A DNA stretch of 63,271 nt, filler included, from Porpidia crustulata (GCA_964255105.1; 9 parts of 9 records of this genome joined end to end with filler, not necessarily neighbours in it), one strand, 5' to 3'. Shown: positions 23,599-35,240, numbered from the whole stretch's first letter. The notes: generated from the sequence alone by a model not told the origin. Numbers and translations: made by a program.

Positions 23599-23997
23599 TC
23601 GCTGTTGTGGACATAAGGTAGGTAGATGATCTTGAAGAACTATGTGTCCGAGGTCGACTAGCGTAGACCCTAGCGATTATCTATCCAGCTATCTTATCTC
23701 CAGGCGTCCTCAAGGTACCTTGTGCTCGCGTGCAGTCATTCGACAAGGAGACAAAACCCCTATTCATCACCATCACCAGGATAGATATAAGAGCAGCAAA
23801 TTGAAGACTTGATAAGCTAGTGTGAGTCAGTCTAGAGGCTTTGTACTGCATTTCATGTCAAGCGCTCATGCTTGTGGCTTTCGAAGAGAGATTGCTCTAC
23901 AAGATCCGTCGTGAAAGGAGGAATATCTCAGTCTCCTGTATATGCTCCCTCCTCATGTTACGAATCTCATACCCTTTGCTGTATCTATCTAGATTGC

Positions 23998-24832
23998 TTA
24001 AGAGGTACCGATTGACGCAGCATCTGGTGGGTGTACGACAAAATGAGTCGTTGCATTACTCTTCGAAATTAAGGTAATGGAGGGAGGAGATGAGTCTTCC
24101 TTTGGAAGACGATTATTTTTGAGAATTTCAGTAGCCCACCAAGAATCCCGCGACCCCAAGAAAACGCCGATACTCCCTGAGTAACCTTGTTTGTTAGGAC
24201 TATACATTAGCTTCCAGCAGCTTTAAAGTGGATAGATTACCTTGGAAGAAATATAGTCTCGAGCGGTATATGGATGTCTCACCTACAGGCCACCAGCCCG
24301 CTGCATTCTGTCCCGTAGCACACTCCATCTCGATCTGATTGCTAGCAAGTAGGACATCTCCAAAACTGGCTATGTCCTTTGGCAGATAATGCGCGTCTGG
24401 ATTTTCTCCGGGGAGTGTTGTTGGCGATATGTCCTTGATGGTTTGCAACATTATAATCGCCACGACGCAATTGCCTTGCGCAATGTTAGAATCGCCAGTA
24501 AAATATTAGTAGACTAGTTGACACTTTCACTGACCATACTCATATTCAATAGGCAATTGCCTGGATGGGACCCCTGGAATGGGGGTCGGTTTGAGGGTCG
24601 CTGCGTGAAACTGAAGTTTGCTGGTACCGTATTTCTTTAAGTCTCCCCTATAGAGTAACCAAATCGCGGCCTCACAATCTTGGTGTTGTATGCCTCTATC
24701 ACCAATCCAAGTAGGATCCTTGGTACATCGATCCGTATAATGTCCTGCTTCTGTGGAATTTTTCCTCTCTGCCAAACCAAAATATGTGGCGAGGAATCCG
24801 AAGAAGACAATAGTGCAACGGACATAGAACAT
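23998..24832 (-). CDS. Small secreted Cys-containing protein of unknown function (3 exons)
   Basis: Hydrophobic N-terminus MFYVRCTIVFFGFLATYFGLA. Introns 24475-24534 and 24186-24282 join the three ORF-track fragments in frame (..EYEYG|NCVVAIIML..GWWPVG|YSGSIGVFLG..). Confidence 0.75.
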
Positions 24833-27800
24833 TCTAATGATGGGCTCCTACACCATCGACGACTTGATGATACATTGAAAATCAGAAAATTAGGACAAGG
24901 TTCATATACATGAATCCGCAATTCTCCATCGCGGCTGTACAGTTTTACTTCATAAGCGCAGTAACGATTGGTTAAAAGTTCAAATTGCGATTCGCGACAG
25001 CGAAAGGGTTGATATTGACTCGGAAGATCCAGCCGGGCATCGGCCAAAATCTTGGTGCCTATTCCCCGATGAGCTTTAGTTCTGAAGTCACTGAACAAGT
25101 TCAAGACGATATTTGTTCTCAGAACCCTACTGAAATTTCAACTGTCAACAGAACACTCATAAACTTACTGAATGCAGGAGGCTCTAATCAACCTACTACG
25201 ATTATCCTTGTAGTGTATATCAAATGTGTGGTTGTCTCCCCAGCATTTGATCCTTATTTTATATCTCGATGATCTGTGCACTATGTACCTAGCGCTCGAA
25301 TGATAAGGAGTCTGGTTATCGCTGACACTGACTCAAGCACGATAAGATGATCAAATGTCCTTCCCATGTAAGTCCCGGCGATCTTGGCGTCGATTTCTCT
25401 ATGTTGCGTAGCTGTACGATGAAACGCGTTGGTTATTTCAAAAAAACAATGTAAGCCTACAGAGCTTTTGCACCTCGAGATCGCAGAAGTAACGAAGGCT
25501 CAAAACAAGCTGTAGTACAATCATACCAATGCGAACCAAGTAGCTTTAGGATAGGATGAACGGCGTTCCCGGGATGTTTGAACATATATTAGGCGTTCTT
25601 TGCAATTGTTCGAAATAGTTTGAGCTCACCTATGAAATAAGGTAGCTAAGTTGTACCACATTTACATTAATTTGGCTCATGCTAAAATTAATTTAGTTCA
25701 TATCGCTGGTTGATGGTGAAATGATTGCATTTGGTGGTTTCACTTTCTTCGAAATTGTCGGCTTCCTCTAGAGAAATGAAATTCATAGCTTGATCTTTCC
25801 AATGCAAAATTTGCAGCTGGGCAAGACACTGGTTCTGCTTTGTTTGCACCAAGCTTCGATTGACGGTAGGGTGCTGGACAGTGAGCTTTTGAGAACGAAG
25901 GATGTGTAATAAAATATTGAGGGTCGAAATGAAGCGTTAAATGGAGCGCTGATGTAGTATTCTGTTCATAATTGATCATATTTGTGTTCTGTACTTGTGT
26001 GTAGATTTTCCAACTCAGAGTCACTTGGCATTTCGCGGCTCCTGCATTGAGACCAAACATTTAGGAACGTAAACGCACGGTGTTCTATCAAACAGTTCCA
26101 CCGTTAAAGGTAAATGGTATCACTTTGGCAGTAAACATTAGCGTAGAGTGGAGAAATGGAAGCTAGGAACATCTATCGCTGAGATAGATTAAAGTGGTCC
26201 ATACTCTAGTACATGCGAGAATGGGAGGCCTGATGTGTCACATAGCGTTTCTTCGACAATACCATAATCCTGGGACAGCTGAGGCGTAAGAAATAGTCCT
26301 CGAGAAGAATTAAATGTGCAGAAAGCTAGTGACACCAAAATCACCCGTGTTTTTCAAATATGATGCTGCTTTGATCGTTGAACTTGATGTAAGATGATCT
26401 TTTTTGACCAAGTCTAAAGGAGCCGGAAGAAAAAGCAATTGCTGGTGCCCGCCTCCAGGCAGAGTTTGAAAAACACCAAGGGCTCAAGTCGGACTATCGA
26501 CACCAAGGAGAATTGAAGAGCAGGTCTGGTGATGATCTAGTGGTCAATGCTTGCAGATTTTCGTCAAAGATTCGAAGGTCTTTGTTAGGAGGCATCCCCA
26601 AACTTGCATAGTACGTTACAACGAGGCTGAGATCTATTGGCTGTGCGGCTGAGCACGGGATTGGTCTGATTAGCCGCATTAGCTGCTGACTGTAAGGCTC
26701 ACTGCGAACTCTCCTCTCTCAACGTACGATGTACTACCCCCTATCGCTCCTGATCCACCGTACCTATGAATCCATCACGGTGAGGGCAAGACCTTCAGCC
26801 TTGTATTTGATACCAACAAAAGATATTGGTTGAGCAGAGGCCGGAGAAGTCATCTGAATTGAGGAACGTGCAGCATCGTTTGATCCACTCATAGTACTGA
26901 CGATTCGGACCTCAATGGCTCTCCACCTACGACCAAGTAGTCATTCAGCACGAAGCTGTCTGTCACCTGTGTACCTATGCTCCAGATCCGATATGGCATC
27001 ACAGCGCAGTATCAATAGCCTACAAGGCAGATGACAGCATATCAGGTCGCTAAGCAGAGCTACTTTCAGCGTCACCGCAAACGACAGAGTGGGTACCAAG
27101 CTCCTCAGAAAGCCAAGCAAAGTCTTCGCCTTGTTACTCTAGCTATGGATTATTATACGATCGTACATTCCATTACACTGAAGCAGCCTTGTGCTTGTGC
27201 AAGTCCATCCTAGAGGGTTGCCTGACAACCTAAACGCTAGCGCGGGCTCGTTAAAACTTCCGACTTGAGAACTTGTGGAAAGCGCTGAACTTACAAGCTG
27301 GACCTGATAATGATGACTCTACTTGGTCAGGCCACCAAGCTGCTCACAGAACACGGTATCGGACTGACTGTGATGAGGATCTTTGTTTTCCAAGTATTGT
27401 TTTTGGATGAGCGGTAAGAAATATCGTGAGCTTCCTCGTTCGTCATGAATCATGATTGTGGGTCACGGGAGTATCCGCTTAACTGCGCCTCGGTGTGCAG
27501 CCACGGTAGCTTAATCCTCCAACAGATTACGACTGCTAAACAAAGATACCTCTAGGGACAACAGTCTGACTGCCTACCTTCGAGTCTGCCATGTTCGCTA
27601 AGCTACGAGTTACCATTCTACCTCTCCCAGATGCTATTCTAGGTGAATTTGGTCAAGCTTTGCCGGATTGATGATCTTTCCGTCGCTAAGACAGTACAAT
27701 TGCATACATCTCACTATCCATCATGCTGCGCCCAACGGGATTCAACGGGGAATATCTGACCTTCTCTAACGTACCTTATCCCGGATCCCGGCTTCAGCAC

Positions 27801-28097
27801 CGAGCGTGGGGGAGCCTCATCCTGCCAATAGCTTTAGTCCGTCTGGGTTCAATAGTCTGTCATCTTATCCTCTATCGCATGGTAGGATAGCCAATTACGC
27901 CATACCGTTCCCCTTTGCGAGGCCCAGTGCCATGGGCCTGTGGCTCCATTCATACAGTCATATGTCTAGTCACCACCTCACGTTTAGGACGTTTTACAGC
28001 CTCAAATGCTGAGTGGCTCATCCACCACCCAATGTCGAGTCATCCCGCCAACCCTAACCCACCCCCCCTGGCTTTAGAGCCTCGGTCTATCCCATTA

Positions 28098-28197
28098 NNN
28101 NNNNNNNNNNNNNNNNNNNNNNNNNNNNNNNNNNNNNNNNNTTAATTAATTAANNNNNNNNNNNNNNNNNNNNNNNNNNNNNNNNNNNNNNNNNNNN
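28098..28197. other. Artificial contig spacer
   Basis: 44 N + TTAATTAATTAA + 44 N. Confidence 0.99.
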
Positions 28198-29911
28198 CTC
28201 CCAAACCATCAAATAGCTCTCCTTTGTGAACAACGTCTCCGTCGCCACCCTCTCGACGAACAGATCCTGCACCTCCAACCACTCCTCCCTTGCCCGATCA
28301 CGCACCTGCACCCTCCACACCTGGCGCTCAGCCTCGCCCTCGACGCTATCGGCGCGCGCGCGCACGGCCTCGTGCGTCACGTTGGCGCAGAGGTCGTACC
28401 AGATCGGTTCGCCGGGGGAGTGGATGGCCGGGTTCGGCTGGACGTAGGGGCTCAGGTCGAGGGAGCGGGTGGGGAAGGTGACGATGGTGGGGTTGTGCTC
28501 GGCGACGAACTTGTTCTTGGAGAAGCGTTTGATGTGGAAGAGGAGGCAGGGCGGGAGCGGGTGCAGGAGGCGGTAGCGTTTGCGGGTGTTGAGGTGCTCT
28601 TGCGATTTGAGGCCGTCGTATTTGGAGAGGATGGAGGTCAGGGGCACTTGGGGGATGATGTTCTTGTCGAGTTCGTCTTGGAAGAGGGGCGCGGCCGGGA
28701 GGTCGAGGGTGAGCATTAGGTAGCGGGTTGTGTCGACGTGGACCTCGGCGGCTTCTTCGAAGCGGAGGCGGTCGCCGGCGTCGGCTTTGGCAGTGATTTG
28801 CTGGCTTTCGACCTTTAGCTTGCCTTGGAAGATGCGGTGGATGACGCTTGTACCGGGCTTGGTTTTGCTGCCGCCGAGGGCTAAGTGCATGTTGTTGAGG
28901 AACCAGCTTAGAAAGTCGACAGGGTCTGATTGGTGGAGAAGATCGAAACGCTTGCTGGATTGGCGAGATATTTGTTGTAACAGTTCGTGCGGTGAGACGT
29001 GGGTCTTAAAGGCACGAGTATTCCATATCTTACGAACGAGGACTGAGAAGCGCTGAACAAGCTCAGCCTTCTGTGATAAGTCTTCGAGCATAAAGAAGTT
29101 TCGTAAAGGGGGGATGTGAGCTAGGGCTTGAATGATCACGTTGAAATAGTCATTCTCCTTGATGTTGTTCATCCCTACGAAACCTACAGAAGAATTAGAA
29201 AGAGCGTTGACCCGGGTACTTGGATGTCATACCAGGTCTGTACTTTTTCCCTCCTATATCCCATGCATCTTTGGCTTCCTTGTCAAGTTTTCCGACTTCG
29301 TCCTTTGAAAGTTGCGGATCTACGACAAACTTGATGTCCTCTAAGCTCTTACTTTTGACTTCATACCCTTCAGGTAGTACGTACACCTTCTTCGTCTGCA
29401 TATTCACATAGACATGATGCCCCACCTCCAGCGCATGGAAGTAGGCATGCGACTTAGGTCCTCGGCCCTGATAGTATTTGCCACAGACTAAGCAGGCGTA
29501 AACATTGATATTCGACAGTGTTACAGAACAAAGCTTCTCAAAATCGAAGTCAAGCACGGACCGGTTGATTGTATCTAGATACAGATCTGTATATCCTTCG
29601 AGAGGTGCCGTCTGCCGCGAGGCCGCAGAGTATGCAGATTGCTCGTCTTGTAGTTCTTGTGATGATGCGATTGACATAGCCTCTTCCATCTCTTCTTGTT
29701 CTATATCTGCGGCGGCCAATATATCATCCCCGTTCCTTTCATCCACTTCGCGCTGTTGTCCATTGGCTAGAGATGGCGCAGCACCTGAAGGGCTGAAGCC
29801 ATTACTCCTTCCAAGTCCTTCGAATTCATGATCGACGCGTGGCTTTTTAGAGGCTGGCGAGGCTACAGCCACGGCTTCTTGTAAGAGCTCCGTCGCTGGT
29901 CTTTTTGACAT
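28198..29911 (-). CDS. SAD1: U4/U6.U5 tri-snRNP protein Sad1/USP39 (ZnF-UBP plus inactive USP domain), last codons cut by the contig edge
   Basis: ATG 29911. Motifs LYLDTINRSVLDFDFEKLCSVTLSNINVYACLVCGKYYQGRG, GFVGMNNIKENDY (Asp in place of the catalytic Cys), HVSPHELLQ and IIPQVPL. Intron 29184-29232. Confidence 0.95.
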
Positions 29912-30389
29912 AATGAGCAACGCGCTTGCAAAGTGTCCTCGGAAGCAAGTGGTGGTCGGCAACGGCGTTAGAAATGGACAGACGCACGAGGGCAGTGGGT
30001 TTCGCGGAATCATTCCGCTTCCCGCCCTTCAGCTTGCTTAGATCTTAAAGTCGAATCGTCAAGATTTTATATTATTGTATATTATATACACGTGTAAGTA
30101 AGAATTAGGAGTTATTATTCTAGGTTAGAGGAGGGACAAAGTCGCTTCAAAGGGAATAGTAAGGAAGTAAGAAAACATAATAAAGAAGTATTATATCACC
30201 GTTTTGTAGTTGAATACTGCTCTGCTCGTTGACAAAAGGTCCAAAAACAATAAAACAAACTTCTGTAATTAATTTTCAGTAGAATATTAAAATAATCATA
30301 CATAGTATTTTGATACGTAACCGGCTGTTCTTAGTAGTAATATCACTTTACTCCCGCGCTAGAGGCTATTTTATACGTCTACTCTCCTA

Positions 30390-30447
30390 TACTCCCTCTC
30401 ATTCCCTCTCTACTCCCTCCTACTCCCTCCTACTCCCTCCTACTCCC
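30390..30447. repeat. Tandem 10-mer (TACTCCCTCC) within an AT/TpA-rich segment
   Basis: Three perfect copies at 30411-30440 plus degenerate flanking copies. The surrounding 30060-30560 segment is AT- and TA-rich. Confidence 0.8.
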
Positions 30448-31256
30448 TTGCCGATGGTCTTTGTCTACTTGACGACGCAGCTTAGAATAACGCGCAGGCT
30501 GGTGGGATCCTAAGATATACGATAAGGGAAATAGAATTCACTATGTTGCCCCACAAAGGTTGAGCCCAGGGTATTTTTGTGATATCTTGACTTCTCTGAT
30601 GAAACTTTCTTTTCATCTTGTCAAGATCTCAGAGATGTACCCTGGCCGGACCTCCCACATCACGAGTTAAGCGCTGCTTCACGATCGCGCGACCATGACC
30701 CGTGTGGCGTCAGACCCAGAGTCTGGGTGATACTGGGTGATCACGGCCTACAACGCGGGTAAATTTCTGCCTCGCAATTCTTCTTGACCGTGAGATGATC
30801 AGCGCTGTCAGTATAGTCAGTGCCGAATCTAGCTTGATCGCTAGGCAAACGATTATAGAAGGGCTGAAACCGATGAAAGCAGAATAGGTATTGGCAAGGA
30901 CATAAGGTTCAGAGAGCGAGTACAGCGCAGCGCTATCATGATACAGGAGAGCATTATAGGAGTAGAGAGGAGTAGGAACGAGCGAGGCTCTTCTGATTCC
31001 TAGTCGCTGGGAGGACGTAGTACAAAGGAGCGAAAATAAATCGTCTGAGACCCGCAGGAACCAATAATATTCGTTAGTACACGCAACCTAGTAATCGCGC
31101 GACGCAATACGATACATGGACAGAAATTCCACCAGGTAGCTGAGACATAGTCAATCATAACGAAAAACAAAGAGGGCTCCTTGCGTTGCCAAAGAAGCTA
31201 TACTACTTCACAGCTAAACAGTGGTAACCCAACTTCTTCGCTTCAAAGGCGGTCCT

Positions 31257-32690
31257 TCAGTCATCCTTTTCTGGGCGTCGTTGGAGTATTTCTGTCTGCG
31301 CGTTTTCTTGATATGTAGGAGGCGTTGCGACAGATCTATTTGTGGCCGAGTCTATGGCTTCTGGGTTTGGGAAAGGTTGCAGGACCCGTTCATGCTTGAG
31401 GAGTTCTTGGATATCCTCCTTGAACGACGTCGCATTTAGGCCAAGGCCCCAAGTGTGAATCGCATTACTCCATGTTATGTATTCATTGAGATCATTGATC
31501 TTGGTCAATTTTCCTTCAGCTAGTGTCCTGATGTGGTACTGGGCGCCTCGAAAAGGGTCTCTGAGATACTGTAGTCGGCATCGAAGATAGTAATTGAGTA
31601 GTGCCTAAGACCTTCGAGAGATCTGGATAATGCATCGCGAATTTGCTTCCGTTGATGCAGCCATAGCATAGAGGCCGCAGCAGTTTGATACATAGCATGG
31701 CTTTTTTTACCCGTCTTCTCGGAGGATTTGTACTCGATAGTCAAGTAAGGGCAGACGGAGTCTTCTTCAGCAAGCCAGCGTTCACAAGCTTTCGATTTTA
31801 GATTACTGCGATCATTGGCATTGAACATTCTTATGGAAACGGCGTAGGTGGCGTCAGGTTCAAGGTCCCAATCATAGGAGTATGCCCCACCAGGGATCGG
31901 TCCTTCTTTGTGCGGCTTCCACTTATCTCTACGCTCAGCTCTGACGACTTCGATTTCATCAAATGGGCCGTTATACTTGTTCCTATCACGCAGGATGATG
32001 GAGTCAGTGCAAATCATGATAAGTGCATGTTCATCGTACTGCCGATTCCTATGTTCATTTAAATCCTCTATGATATCTTGTAATTCTTGTTGTGTTTTGC
32101 GAATGAATACTCGAGAGCGGGGCTGGAGACTGAGTGCCGAATATGGTGGTGGGCGTCAGGTTCGATGGTTCACGCCTGTCCAGAACCATTCCACAAGGTA
32201 TCAAAATGCACTTCTTGAAGTCCGCATCTTTCGGGCCAACGTATTTTAACCCATTGGCTTCATAAGTCTTCCTCTTCTTGCTTGAAGTCGCCGTACAGCT
32301 AGACGCAGGCGTGGAAGGGGGTTCCATGCTCTCGTGGTCGGAAATTTGGTTCTCAGGCAGCACAGGAAGGTCGGGCGGAGCGTTGGAGGAATCGCAACGC
32401 CAGCAAGGGTAACCACAGCTGGAGCAATACTTGTTCTCTTCAGATTGAGGAGGATGGAGGGGTTTGGTATTGTGAGCGTACTCTACAGGGAAGGAATATC
32501 GTTTTCGAGGACTTCCATGAGAAGATGGGGACCTCGGTCGTTTTCGTCCTGTTAGAGAGCGAGGAGGGATACTGCTTGGACTCTGCTCCGGGTGGTCTAG
32601 GATCGATGACGGCTTCGTCTTGGTTCGGGATCCCTTGAGGGTTTTATCCTTTTGCTCTTCGTCGGGGCGAGCGGCCTTCAGAGAATCCAT
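31257..32690 (-). pseudogene. Frameshifted hypothetical gene with a PD-(D/E)xK-like motif
   Basis: The three ORF fragments (32055-32696, 31520-32017, 31257-31508) join after a +1 shift in the G4 run near 32120 and a -1 shift near 31547. The joined protein has WDLEPDATYAVSI..VCPYLTIEYK..AMYQTAAA..LRHYSITI..WSNAIHTWGLG..FKEDI. Confidence 0.65.
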
Positions 32691-32994
32691 CTGCAACGCG
32701 ACGAGGCGATGGGCGCGTACGAGCAGACGAGTACAACGATATAGGAAATGATTCGTTGATAATCAATCTAAGAAGAAACATTGAAGCAGGTCAGTCGAAG
32801 AGTTTGAAGGGTGATGGGTTTAGCTTGTTTCTAAGATTACATCTTGCCTCCGAGCCAATTATAATAATGTTAAACTGCCAGGGGAGGGGCAGCAACGAGA
32901 TCGACTTGTACGTAGTCAATAGTGCTGGCTACGAACCTGCTGGGAAAGCCAAATGATCTGACAAGAGGTAGAAGTGTTTAACTACCTTACTGAC

Positions 32995-33242
32995 TGGTTA
33001 AACCTCCAAATTAATTAGCCTTACAGGGCTGACTCCTATGAGCTTGCTACCTACCTATCTTATTAAAAAAGATATTTAGCGACTAAACTTCTAGAATAAG
33101 ACTTTTATAGAGTTATAATCGCTATAGCTCGCGAATACTTTATACTAAACCTTCTACTTGTAAAGTCAAACCCTACAGCGATAGAAAAGAAAGGTATACC
33201 AATTTCAGCCCTATAAGGCTGGCCAATTAGGGGGTTTGGTCA
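32995..33242. mobile_element. MITE-like non-autonomous element (~250 bp) with ~38-bp degenerate TIRs
   Basis: Left arm tggttaaacctccaaattaattagccttacagggctga (32995-33032) versus the reverse complement of 33205-33242, tgaccaaaccccctaattggccagccttatagggctga: 10 mismatches, 9 of them transitions. The interior is AT-rich and non-coding. Confidence 0.7.
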
Positions 33243-33467
33243 TACTTGAATTTGCAAGTTTCACTCGACGTGTCACTATGCAAAAGCGTCTCAGAATCTA
33301 CTTGCAGTTCAGAGGATGAGGCGATCTCTCTGAGTTGTGTGATAGATGTTTCATCTCTGAGATTCTCATCGCAAAGCCGAAGTCGTTTTGAAAGTTTTTC
33401 AAAGCGAACATGAAACGGCTACCAAAACAACTCGAATTGAACCCTGAAACCCAAAACGCCATACTGT

Positions 33468-34320
33468 TTATGCGCATGCCACCGGCTTACTGTAATCGTA
33501 TTCCACCTCCCGGATACCATCTTTGTCTAACACCTTAACAAGCATCTATATAGGCTCAATCAGCATAGCTCACAGATTAGTCTGTTGGTGCAGAATCGGG
33601 ACTGACCCCCTTCAAATCTAAAGGTAATCGCCGCTGCAGTTCGTCTGTGCACATGCGTAGTATCTTCATACCTTGTTCAATATCGATATCTGGATGGTGG
33701 TGTTTGTCGAGGATTGACATGCAGTAATACCTTAAGAATATGTTCAGTATCTTGGCAAGATGAAGGAATAATGAAGCTTTCGATAGAGAGCCAACAGAGC
33801 AGTGTGACGTACAGGCCGTATCCTTGAGCAGCATAAGGAAGGGATGCCAGTGATGCGTACTGGTCAATCCAATACAGGCTTGACTTGTATGTTATCGGAT
33901 CAATTCCACCTAATAGCATTCCGACTTGATAGGGCTTCTTTCTCAGGCTCTTCGCTAGCTCGTTCCGAGTATAGCTGGCTACAGCTGGAGGGCTGAGGTC
34001 GATTCCGTTGCGCATAGAGTAGAGCTGGACGTTGACACGGACGTAGCCTGCAAATTGTACTGCGCACTTTTTCAGCAGATGACCAAAAAGGAGGTCTGGA
34101 TTCCAATATACTAGTATCTCCCGCCTCTCCTGTGTACGCCATGAGGACATGCTGATTCAATTCTGCGGTCTTGTTGTCGGTTGCTTTTAAGACGGTGGCG
34201 CCTCTTGTCGCCGCTGTCGAAGCCGCAATAATCGTAAAATCTTTGCCAGTGATGCCGAGAAGAACGTCCCTAACATTCGCTTTAGCTGTAGTAGTACTAA
34301 CTGAAAAGTCCAGCTTACAT
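33468..34320 (-). CDS. PRE1: 20S proteasome subunit beta-4 (beta type-2, Pre1-like)
   Basis: AT|G start split by intron 34270-34318, with further introns 34060-34111, 33731-33812 and 33546-33606. Protein MDVLLGITGKDF..GEAGDTIQFA..QLYSMRN..YYCMSILDKHHHPD..DELQRRLPLDLKGMLVKVLDKDGIRE..*. Confidence 0.92.
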
Positions 34321-34541
34321 TTTGAATGACTGTCTCGGGATATGGAGAGGAGATGATCTAATAGTGATACAAGTTCATGGAGAGCTACGCGTGAGCTTGA
34401 GCAGCCTGCAAGCCTAGCACTTGCGGGCAACTTCAGGCGAAAATGCCAAGATTTCGCGCACAGACCAGCATGCCTATCAAAAAGTTCTTTTGAATATCAA
34501 AGTGCGGAAACCGGCGCACGAAGCAACAACTTAACCTCCCC

Positions 34542-35140
34542 ATGTCATCCTTCTTTACGGTGCCTGCCTCGCAAAGGAAACGTAAGCGCGACAATGCAGC
34601 CGTCGTACCCTCAAAAGAACGAACCACAAGTACGAGGTCCAGGCCAAAAACCCAGAATACGAAACCCACCAGGCCCAAACGAGACGAATCGATCTCGAGC
34701 AGCGGGTCAGAAGATGACACCAAACGCCGAAAACTTGGCGGAGGGGAGGAGGAAGAAGTATCCAGCAGCGACTCGGATGAAGAGGACGAGACTGGTGCTG
34801 AACGTCGTCTGAGGCTCGCCGAGAGATATTTGGAGAATATCAAAGGAGAAGTGGATGAGGTTGGCTTTGATGCGGAGGAGATCGACAAAGATCTTATTGC
34901 CGAGAGATTACAAGAGGATGTGGTACGAATCTCAAAGGTCTTTCTACCGCTATAGTAGAGTCTAATACTCCTGACAGGCAGAGACTAAAGGAAGACTCTA
35001 TCGACATATAGCCTCGGATCTTTCATTCTCAAGCGCGGCCAAAACCCAGTTCCGTGCCAACACCTTGTCAACGACTTCGATTGCCGTCTGCTTCCCCCAT
35101 GCCTACACTGTGTCGAAAGATCTGGCGCTCATTAAATGGG
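34542..35140 (+). CDS. RRP9: U3 snoRNP WD40 protein Rrp9, 5' part (cut by the contig edge)
   Basis: MSSFFTVPASQRKRKR..ETGAERRLRLAERYLENI..GFDAEEIDKDLIAERLQEDV, intron 34923-34977, then AETKGRLYRHIA. Head-to-head with the proteasome gene, 221 bp apart. Confidence 0.88.
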
Positions 35141-35240
35141 NNNNNNNNNNNNNNNNNNNNNNNNNNNNNNNNNNNNNNNNNNNNTTAATTAATTAANNNN
35201 NNNNNNNNNNNNNNNNNNNNNNNNNNNNNNNNNNNNNNNN
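35141..35240. other. Artificial contig spacer
   Basis: 44 N + TTAATTAATTAA + 44 N. Confidence 0.99.
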
